Shown: one piece after another, positions 1 through 6,389 of the stretch
Position numbering within the stretch: position 1 is the first letter of the stretch
How the letters are laid out: each line of letters begins with the position of its first letter
Source: Candidatus Bathyarchaeum sp.
GTDB lineage: Archaea > Thermoproteota > Bathyarchaeia > Bathyarchaeales > Bathyarchaeaceae
Direction: 5' to 3'
Length of the DNA stretch: 11,329 bases
Assembly (NCBI GenBank): GCA_026014495.1
Contig: JAOZIF010000063.1
Location: forward strand, 1 to 11,329
Notes under the pieces: generated by a model
Database searches by the model: none
Told to the model about the DNA's origin: nothing
Seen by the model: the letters and a program-made list of their open reading frames with translations, nothing else
Program-made: the position numbers and the translations under genes

Positions 1-16
1 TAACTTCTGATTAAAT

Positions 17-1690
17 TTAGCCTTTGTATTTGTTGACCATGGGCATTTTCCATCCTATGCCGAATGCTTTGGGGGTTATTTTGATGCAGGGTGTTGCTTG
101 TCTTCGTTTGTATTCTGAATTTCTTACTCGCCTGTAGGTGTCTTCTACTGCCTGTTTGGGATAGCCCATATCTATGAGGTCTTGTTTGCTTCTTCTGTTT
201 TCTATTATCTCATCAACCAATGGACTGACAACATCAAAATCGAATGGGTCAAACTGGCACTCTTTAAGTTCAGGCGAAGGACGCTTCTCAAGCACACTTT
301 TTGGGATAACCTGTTTGCCTGCTTTTTTGTTAAAGTATTCTGCAAGCTTGTAGACTTCAAGTTTGCTTACGTCTCCGATTGCTCCGATTCCACCTGCCAT
401 GTCTCCGTATAGTGTACAGAAGCCTAGGGCAATTTCGGTCTTGTTACCAGTATTCAAAACCAGAATCTTCAGGTCTTTGAGCCTGTTAGAAATATCCATC
501 AAAATGTTTCCTCTGGCTCTGGGCTGAATGTTCTCGTCGGCAACATCATCATCGGCAGCCTTTGCAACCCCAAAACATTTGCGTATCTGCTTAAGTGGCT
601 CATCTAGGCTCGTGTGGAACTGGTTAACAACATCTTGAATGCCTACTTTGACAAAGCATATTCCAAGGTGTTCTGCAAGCTGCTCTGCGTCGCTTTTGCT
701 GTGGTCACTAGAAAAGCGTGAAGGCATAGAAACTCCGATAACATTTTGGCTACCAAGAGCTTCAACAGCAATACAAGCAGTCACTGACGAGTCAATTCCG
801 CCGCTCATTCCTATAACTGCCTTCTCAAAGCCCGTCTTGTTGAAGTAGTCACGTATACCCAAAACCAGAGCACCAAACATTTCCTGCACTTTGTCATGAA
901 CAGGAGACTCAACTCTTGTTGCGATGCCCGCTTCTAGTTCTATGTCCGTTATCACCAAGTCTTCTTCAAACTGCCTGCCAACCGCTATTAGACCACCTGT
1001 TGTGTCTACTGCCATGCTCTGTCCATCAAAAACAAGCTCATCTTGACCCCCAACAAGATTCACATAAAAGATTGGCACACCATTCTTTGTTGACTTCTCT
1101 TTTAGCAGCCTGTTTCGTTCAAGATGCTTACCAACAAGAAACGGAGAAGCAGAAATGTTAACAACCAACTCCGCACCCCTTCCAACAAGCAGGTCGGTTA
1201 CTTTCACGTCATAACAAGTATCCCACAGGTCCTCACAAATTTCCACACCCAGCTTGACCTGTTTCCCATTCACACTCACCGCTACGGGCTTAATCTCATC
1301 CATTAGTGCAGGCTTGAAGTACCTGTCCTCATCAAACACGTCATAGGTGGGCAGAAGCGTCTTGTAAACTACGCCAATCAGTTTGTTTTTTTGGAAAACA
1401 GCCGCAGCATTATACAAGTCGTTTCCTTTGTAATCAACAAAACCAACAACCCCAACAACATCCACAGTATTGTCTGCAATTAGCTCTTCAACTGCCTTCT
1501 TGTTTTTTGCAACAAACCCATTCTCCAAAAGCAAATCCTGTGGAGGATAACCAGTAACCGCCAACTCAGGAAACAAAACCAAATCCGCACCTCTACTTTT
1601 TGCGTCAACAAGAAAACGCTGTATCTTTGCTACGTTTCCTTCCAAATCGCCCACAGTTGAATTAACCTGAGCCATCGCAACCCTCAACAA
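17..1690 (-). CDS. nadE: Glutamine-dependent NAD+ synthetase (N-terminal CN-hydrolase/glutaminase domain fused to NAD synthetase domain)
   Basis: 557 aa. Nitrilase-fold motifs LFPELAVTGY (Glu), YKTLLPTYDVFDEDRYF (Lys) and ICEDLW (Cys). Synthetase motifs GMSGGIDS, ENIQPRARG, NTGNKTE, YGDMAGG, YKRRQA. TTG start with an AGGAG 5 nt upstream. Confidence 0.96.
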   Translation of the reverse strand: MLRVAMAQVNSTVGDLEGNVAKIQRFLVDAKSRGADLVLFPELAVTGYPPQDLLLENGFVAKNKKAVEELIADNTVDVVGVVGFVDYKGNDLYNAAAVFQKNKLIGVVYKTLLPTYDVFDEDRYFKPALMDEIKPVAVSVNGKQVKLGVEICEDLWDTCYDVKVTDLLVGRGAELVVNISASPFLVGKHLERNRLLKEKSTKNGVPIFYVNLVGGQDELVFDGQSMAVDTTGGLIAVGRQFEEDLVITDIELEAGIATRVESPVHDKVQEMFGALVLGIRDYFNKTGFEKAVIGMSGGIDSSVTACIAVEALGSQNVIGVSMPSRFSSDHSKSDAEQLAEHLGICFVKVGIQDVVNQFHTSLDEPLKQIRKCFGVAKAADDDVADENIQPRARGNILMDISNRLKDLKILVLNTGNKTEIALGFCTLYGDMAGGIGAIGDVSKLEVYKLAEYFNKKAGKQVIPKSVLEKRPSPELKECQFDPFDFDVVSPLVDEIIENRRSKQDLIDMGYPKQAVEDTYRRVRNSEYKRRQATPCIKITPKAFGIGWKMPMVNKYKG

Positions 1691-1693
1691 TTG

Positions 1694-1700
1694 CCCTCCT
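1694..1700 (-). promoter_or_regulatory. Shine-Dalgarno site of nadE (AGGAGGG)
   Basis: Plus-strand ccctcct reads AGGAGGG on the minus strand, just upstream of the TTG at 1690. Confidence 0.7.
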
Positions 1701-1731
1701 TAGACCTGAAAACGCAGAAACTACGTTACCT

Positions 1732-1739
1732 AACTTAAA
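1732..1739 (-). promoter_or_regulatory. Candidate TATA box for nadE (TTTAAGTT)
   Basis: TATA-like octamer about 40 nt upstream of the nadE start, in the 81-nt ftsY-nadE gap. A T5 tract (1758..1762) follows the ftsY stop. Confidence 0.35.
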
Positions 1740-1771
1740 TGAATCGCCTATCAGCCTAAAAAGTTGATTCC

Positions 1772-2680
1772 CTAAAGCTTGAGCATCATCTTGGTGAACC
1801 GTTCTGGTTCAAAAGCTTCTAGGTCTTTGTATTCTTGACCCACCCCAATAAAGAGGATTGGCTTTCCTGTTACATGCGCCACACTAAGCGAGGCGCCGCC
1901 TTTAACGTCGGCATCAACCTTTGTCAGTATGTTAGCATCAACGCTCACGCTCTTATGAAACTCCTCAGCCTGCAGCACCGCATCATTCCCAATTAAAGCA
2001 TCAATAACCAAAACCGTCAAGTCAGGGTCAACAACACGCTTAACCTTAGCAAGCTCACTCATCAAGTTGCGGTCAGTCTGGATACGTCCAGCAGTGTCAA
2101 TCAAAACCACGTCAATTCCTCTGCTTTTAGCGTGACTGATAGTATCATATGCCACAGCCGCAGGGTCAGCACCATAATCGTGCTTAATCATACGCACACC
2201 CAGCCGTTTAGAATGCTGCTCAAGCTGCTCAATAGACCCTGGACGATAAGTGTCGCTGCCAGAAAGCACAACAGAGTAGCCGTTCTTCATCAAGAAATGG
2301 GTAACCTTAGCTATGCTCGTGGTTTTGCCTGTGCCATTAATGCCAACAAACAAAATCACATACGGCTCTTTACTTTGCCGCTTTTGTTCGATGCGTTTAA
2401 TCAAATCTATGGACTCTTTTGTCGTCAAAATTTCAATCAAAATCTCATGAAGAGTGTCTTTCACAAGGTCTTTGCGGTCGCCAATCCGGTTTACTTGTAC
2501 ACCGTCAAGCCGTTTCTCCAGCTCATCAGTGATAAAATAGGCAACAGGAACCGCAACATCATTTTCGATAAGATTAAATCTAAACTCATCTAAAATAGGA
2601 CGAAGCTTTTCTGCCTTAAGCTCAGTTACAACAATCTTACTAACTGCGCTGCTAAGCCCCTTTCTTAGACGGTCGAACAC
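1772..2680 (-). CDS. ftsY: Signal recognition particle receptor FtsY (NG domain, no long acidic A domain)
   Basis: SRP-GTPase motifs GINGTGKTTS, DTYRPGS, DTAGR, TKVDAD-KGGA and GVGQ. N-terminus MFDRLRKGLS is FtsY-type. GTG start overlaps the pfdA end by 29 nt. Confidence 0.95.
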   Translation of the reverse strand: MFDRLRKGLSSAVSKIVVTELKAEKLRPILDEFRFNLIENDVAVPVAYFITDELEKRLDGVQVNRIGDRKDLVKDTLHEILIEILTTKESIDLIKRIEQKRQSKEPYVILFVGINGTGKTTSIAKVTHFLMKNGYSVVLSGSDTYRPGSIEQLEQHSKRLGVRMIKHDYGADPAAVAYDTISHAKSRGIDVVLIDTAGRIQTDRNLMSELAKVKRVVDPDLTVLVIDALIGNDAVLQAEEFHKSVSVDANILTKVDADVKGGASLSVAHVTGKPILFIGVGQEYKDLEAFEPERFTKMMLKL

Positions 2681-3113
2681 CAGACTGCTCTCCTTCCCTT
2701 AGCTTTGCGGTGACCTCTTCCATCTGAGCCCTGTTTTCCTGAATTCTGCCAATAACCTGATTAAACTGCTGCCCCAAAGTTTCCCTTGTTTTCTCAAGCT
2801 CGGCTATGCGTGCTTCAAGCTCCACTTTTGCTTCTTTCACAGTTTTTTCAACAGCAACATCTGCGCCTATCCCAACAACAACCTTCTTGGAAGTCTCCAG
2901 CTTGGCTTTAACATAAGAGCCTCCGCCGATTGGAACAAAAAGTTGTGAATCTTTTTTCTCTTTTTCCAAGCCATCCAAAGTCATGCTTGAGACTCGCAAC
3001 TCAGCTAACACAGAATTCATCATGCTAATTCGAGATTGTAACTCGTTAACGGTTTCCTCTAGATAACGTGATTCCAAAGCTAATCTACGAAAAACCTCTT
3101 GGTCACTGGACAG
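2652..3113 (-). CDS. pfdA: Prefoldin subunit alpha (probable CTG start at 3113; first conventional start is TTG at 3077)
   Basis: Coiled coil / beta-hairpin / coiled coil pattern with LFVPIGGGSYVKAKL and VVVGIGADVAVEKT. The frame stays open upstream of 3077 (LSSDQEVFRRLALESRYL), and AGGAG lies 9 nt before the CTG. Usual position between rpl18a and ftsY. Identity is confident; the start is less so. Confidence 0.92.
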   Translation of the reverse strand: MSSDQEVFRRLALESRYLEETVNELQSRISMMNSVLAELRVSSMTLDGLEKEKKDSQLFVPIGGGSYVKAKLETSKKVVVGIGADVAVEKTVKEAKVELEARIAELEKTRETLGQQFNQVIGRIQENRAQMEEVTAKLREGEQSGVRPSKKGA

Positions 3114-3354
3114 CCTCTTCCGCTCCTGGAGTCAACTTCTTTACTATGATGTCTTCAATCTCCTTTGGAGCTATTTCTTCAACTTTGGAGATTGTCAGCT
3201 GGAAACGTTTGACTTTATGCTTGCTTCCCAGCAACATGTACACCTTCTCCACAGCATCCTCTGGCTTCAAGGCGCGAATCTCTTTGTTGAAATCTGTTTG
3301 AAAATTAGGTTTACGAATTTTCCCACTCACTCTAAAAACTTTTACTTCACTCAT
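3103..3354 (-). CDS. rpl18a: 50S ribosomal protein eL20 (L18Ae/LX)
   Basis: 83 aa: KVFRVSG...FNKEIRALKPEDAVEKVYMLLGSKHKVKRFQLTISKVEEI. ATG overlaps the eif6 stop (TAATG). Confidence 0.93.
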   Translation of the reverse strand: MSEVKVFRVSGKIRKPNFQTDFNKEIRALKPEDAVEKVYMLLGSKHKVKRFQLTISKVEEIAPKEIEDIIVKKLTPGAEEAVQ

Positions 3355-4028
3355 TAGTCATTCACCACATCAAGTGCTTGTCCAATTATGAACATTTCGG
3401 GTCCGGTAGTCAAAAGACCAACCATAGCCCCATAACTATTTCCTAAAAGACCTGTAGCCACATATGGCACCCCACAATTAACAGTTCCCACATCAACAGG
3501 AACCTTAAACACATCAATTAACACTTCTCGTTCCTCCTCTTTTAACAAAGGATGCGCAAGCACACCCTTATTTGTCGCACACGCAAGCGACCCCACATAA
3601 GGCAGCCCAGCTATATCACTTGGAACCACTTCAACACCCAACGTATCCGATATCTTATCCACAACTTCTCGCTCCAGCCTCGAATCAACCACAGCACCTT
3701 TGTCATTCGCCAACACCATGTTGCCGTATGCTGTCTTTTTCGTATCCATAACGGTTACGTTAATGTCAATCGCTGATTTAATGGCTTCGACCTCCTCTTC
3801 CGTGGCAAACGGAGGAAGAACAACTCCATTCGAGTTGGAACAAGCCAACGCACCAGCAATCAACGATTTACCCACAGTTGTCGCAACGACCGTCACTTTC
3901 AACCATTCCTCAACCTTTTTTCGTTTAGTTTCGGGAACTTGTGGAGGAACAATTGCGAGTCGGTCGTTAACAAGTGAATAAACTCCTATACTTGCATTAC
4001 CAAAGACATCAAAGAGGAACAGCGGCAA
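3354..4028 (-). CDS. eif6: Translation initiation factor 6 (aIF6, ribosome anti-association factor)
   Basis: 224 aa with pentein-type repeats: FGNASIGVY, GALACSNSNG, AYGNMVLANDKGA, YVGSLACATNKGVLAHP, GTVNCG. TTG start. Confidence 0.95.
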   Translation of the reverse strand: MPLFLFDVFGNASIGVYSLVNDRLAIVPPQVPETKRKKVEEWLKVTVVATTVGKSLIAGALACSNSNGVVLPPFATEEEVEAIKSAIDINVTVMDTKKTAYGNMVLANDKGAVVDSRLEREVVDKISDTLGVEVVPSDIAGLPYVGSLACATNKGVLAHPLLKEEEREVLIDVFKVPVDVGTVNCGVPYVATGLLGNSYGAMVGLLTTGPEMFIIGQALDVVND

Positions 4029-4030
4029 GG

Positions 4031-4549
4031 TTAGTCTCCTTCTGCGAGAAGGACAGTAACTACCCCTTCCTTATCCTTAACGACGCGGACTCTGATTTTT
4101 CGTGGAGGCTTTTCGATTCCTCGGCTCCAAAGTTTTTCGTTAACTTCGTTGTCTATGACAAGCTTTTCTGGTTCATCTTCTTCATCATCAAAAGCTTCTG
4201 TGCGGACTTTCATGTGTTTGAGTACAAACTTTTTTACAATTCTTGCTGCTTTCGGAGCACGCTTTTTTCTTGGAGAAATCCACGCGTTCCTTAACGGAAT
4301 AGTGTAGAATCGTTCCTCAACAATGTCTTCGTCAACTTCTTCCTTCTCTTTGCGTTTGCTTCTCTTTTTCGCTTCTACAAATTCCGAGTCTTCAGCTTCT
4401 TCTTCAAGCTCGTCTTCAAGTTCCTCATCCATGTCCTCTTCTTGTTCATCTTCTTCAGGAACTTGGGACTCTAACTCTTCTTCTGTCTCCTCAGTTTCCT
4501 CTAACACTTCTTCATTTTCTTCAGTAATATTATCAACAGGTTCTTCCAT
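4031..4549 (-). CDS. rpl31e: 50S ribosomal protein eL31 with a long acidic N-terminal extension
   Basis: Core [36 protein letters not shown]...[23 protein letters not shown], preceded by about 77 extra residues. ATG at 4549 preferred; an in-frame TTG at 4564 overlapping the rpl39e stop is an alternative. Confidence 0.94.
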   Translation of the reverse strand: [172 protein letters not shown]

Positions 4550-4560
4550 CCGGTTTCCCT

Positions 4561-4716
4561 TCAAGCCTTTATCTTTCTTTGCCGCCAGCGTCTCCGCTTC
4601 GGATTCGATCTAACTTGTCCACCTGTCTTGGCTATAACCCATGTTGGAACAGGTTTCTTCTCTTTTCCAGCCTTAGCGAGCCGCAACTTTTTGGCGGTTG
4701 GTTTGTTTCTTGCCGT
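4561..4716 (-). CDS. rpl39e: 50S ribosomal protein eL39 (not in the ORF track; apparent ACG start codon)
   Basis: Hand translation: (M)[50 protein letters not shown], 51 aa with eL39 motifs K-RLAK, VP-WV and P-RR-WR. Usual position between the PDCD5-like gene and rpl31e. Confidence 0.93.
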   Translation of the reverse strand, partial: TARNKPTAKKLRLAKAGKEKKPVPTWVIAKTGGQVRSNPKRRRWRQRKIKA

Positions 4717-4719
4717 CTT

Positions 4720-5049
4720 TTATACTCTCCTAATTGTGTAGTCTCTTTTGCCTGACTGGAGCCTCACAAGAAGCTCTTTTAGCTGTTCATCAGTTATAGG
4801 AAGCTGTATTCTCCCCTGCTGAGCCAACTGAATCAGCTGCAGTTCAAGCTGCTGAGTGAACTCTGGTTTAACCATATTTAGGTTTGTAAGTCGACTTCTT
4901 GCTTCTGGTGTAAGTATTCTGCGAAGCAGAGCCTGCTTTTGGCCCTCAACTTGCTGCTGTGCTTGAGCTTGCCTTTGTTCATCTACCATTCTTTGCTGTA
5001 ACTCAAGCATTCTTCTTTTCCTGAGAGCATCAAGTTCGTCTTCGCTCAC
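4720..5049 (-). CDS. PDCD5/TFAR19-related archaeal DNA-binding protein (COG2118 type)
   Basis: 109 aa: DELDALRKRRMLELQ...KQALLRRILTPEARSRLTNLNMVKPE...QLIQLAQQGRI--PITDEQLKELL...KRDYTIRR. GTG start. Confidence 0.92.
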   Translation of the reverse strand: MSEDELDALRKRRMLELQQRMVDEQRQAQAQQQVEGQKQALLRRILTPEARSRLTNLNMVKPEFTQQLELQLIQLAQQGRIQLPITDEQLKELLVRLQSGKRDYTIRRV

Positions 5050-5058
5050 TCTTTACAC

Positions 5059-5511
5059 CTAATATTTTGCGAGTTCAGGTTGAGTTTTCTCAAGTTCCTT
5101 TTTCAGTTCGGTTGATATACGGTCTAGCAGCTGTCTCCCCTCACTTGTTACTACGCGTCCTTCGTTTCTTTGAGGTTTCACGAGACCTGCTTTTTGAAGT
5201 TGGTGAATAGCATTTCGGACAATTGCACCGCTTCCTTTGCTGGCGTGTTCTGGTTTTGCGCCTCTATCTAATCTGCCTCCATATTCTTGGCGGAGTTTTT
5301 CGATGCCTATTGGGCCTTTCACGTAAATTTTTCGTAATATAGAAGCGCATCGGACAAACCACCAATCAGGGTTAGTGGGTGGTCTTTGGGTGTGAACGCC
5401 AGTTCGGGCGAATGGTGTCCATGCGGGTGGAGTTATTTCATCCACTTCTTTCAGATGCGTAGCTAACCTCTCGATGAGAACTGATGCAGGAAGGTCGTAA
5501 GGTGTTGGCAA
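5059..5511 (-). CDS. rps19e: 30S ribosomal protein eS19
   Basis: 150 aa: [49 protein letters not shown]...[19 protein letters not shown]...[13 protein letters not shown]. TTG start. Confidence 0.96.
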   Translation of the reverse strand: [150 protein letters not shown]

Positions 5512-5556
5512 TGCTTTTTCTTCCTATTTTTCCTTCACTAAGGGAAAAGGCTTGTC

Positions 5557-5570
5557 TTATATTAGTTTCG
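5557..5570 (-). promoter_or_regulatory. BRE + TATA promoter of the rps19e-ftsY cluster (CGAAAC-TAATATAA)
   Basis: Minus strand reads cgaaac taatataa, a BRE-like element directly before a TATA box, 45 nt upstream of the rps19e start in the only sizeable gap of the cluster. Confidence 0.6.
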
Positions 5571-5609
5571 TGGTTGCGAAACCCAACTTAAGGTAACTTG
5601 ATGTATATT

Positions 5610-5888
5610 TCACTGTTTTTTCTTGCTTTTGAAGAGTAAAAATGTGTGCCCGCGCACTTCAACTAGCTCTGATTCTGTTTGTTGTGCAATTATTGTTGCG
5701 ATGTCTTTTGCTTCGGTTTCATGCAATGCGGTTTTGAGTATTTTTACTTTAAGCATCTCTCTTGCGTCAAGTTGCTTGTTGACTTCACTTATTATCTGGG
5801 TTGTTGCGCCTTCTTTTCCAACATTTACTGTTGGCTTCTCGGTTCTAAGTGCCGTCTTTATTCGGCGCTTCATTTTGGGGGTTAGCAC
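5610..5888 (-). CDS. yhbY: YhbY/CRM-domain RNA-binding protein
   Basis: (M)LTPKMKRRIK...KPTVNVGKEG...ISEVNKQLDAREMLKVKIL...LVEVRGHTFLLFK, 92 aa. GTG at 5888 has AGGAG 10 nt upstream and overlaps the rnp4 stop. The track's extension to 5990 lies inside rnp4. Confidence 0.9.
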   Translation of the reverse strand: MLTPKMKRRIKTALRTEKPTVNVGKEGATTQIISEVNKQLDAREMLKVKILKTALHETEAKDIATIIAQQTESELVEVRGHTFLLFKSKKKQ

Positions 5889-6196
5889 TGTTTTTTCTCT
5901 CCTTTTAGTGGAATACGGGAGTGCCCGCCACAATTTAAGCATGTTATTACCATGTGGGGTTCCCTTCTTTGTTGTATTCTGACACGACAATTTACTCCAG
6001 GCAAGATAAAGCTTTTACATTTTCTGCAAACAAGGCTTCTGTATTCTTTGGGAAGCCGCAGTCTGGTTCTCATGGCTATTTTTCGTGCAATTTGGATGTA
6101 GTGCTGCGCCTTTTCTGGGTCTTCATGGATTACTTGTTTGGCTAAGCTAAAGAGCCTGTGAACACGTTGCAGTGCAATCTGTTTAGTGGAGTTCAT
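5882..6196 (-). CDS. rnp4: Ribonuclease P protein component 4 (Rpp21)
   Basis: 104 aa: IALQRVHRLFSLA...AQHYIQIARKIAMRTRLRLPKEYRSLVCRKCKSFILPGVNCRVR...ITCLNCG. Two CxxC pairs form the zinc ribbon. Confidence 0.95.
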   Translation of the reverse strand: MNSTKQIALQRVHRLFSLAKQVIHEDPEKAQHYIQIARKIAMRTRLRLPKEYRSLVCRKCKSFILPGVNCRVRIQQRREPHMVITCLNCGGHSRIPLKGEKKQC

Positions 6197-6228
6197 CGTA
6201 GAATACTCGCTTGCTTTGTGTGTATTAC

Positions 6229-6291
6229 GTTTTGTAAACTTTAGGTAATAAGGTATGTTATTAGCGCTACAATTATTGAAACAGTAGTTGC
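6229..6291. repeat. Direct repeat copy 1 (63 bp, 54/63 identical to 8985..9047; identical 22-bp core 6240..6261)
   Basis: gttttgtaaactttaggtaataaggtatgttattagcgctacaattattgaaacagtagttgc aligns without gaps to 8985..9047. Confidence 0.9.
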
Positions 6292-6321
6292 CACGATGGG
6301 TTGGTTACAGGATACTTTGAA
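6241..6321 (-). pseudogene. Orphan relic of the DUF401 gene 3' end
   Basis: Translates FKVSCNQ----PIVATTVSIIVALITYLIT*, against FKASINKVYKYLIPATIVSMIAALITYLIT* of the intact gene. No upstream gene body. Confidence 0.75.
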
Positions 6322-6389
6322 CAGTGTACAAGTAATGGAACATTTTACGAAGTTAGACGATATTCCGTTTTATATTTACTTCAATTCCA

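Noticed and set aside
2240-2262. FtsY motif reads DTYRPGS rather than DTFRAGA/DTFRAAA
   Set aside because: Probably within normal SRP-GTPase variation; all other motifs are canonical.
5889-5990. Track's N-terminal extension of yhbY to 5990
   Set aside because: It lies inside rnp4. GTG 5888 has an SD and gives the usual CRM-domain length.
182-6145. Plus-strand ORFs in the track (182..412, 639..848, 916..1161, 1124..1306, 2132..2593, 3068..3301, 3552..3776, 3700..3981, 3974..4294, 4323..4613, 5623..5982, 5679..5885, 5954..6145)
   Set aside because: All are antisense shadows of well-identified minus-strand genes. The poly-Ser ORF 4323..4613 is simply the reverse complement of the Glu-rich eL31 tract.
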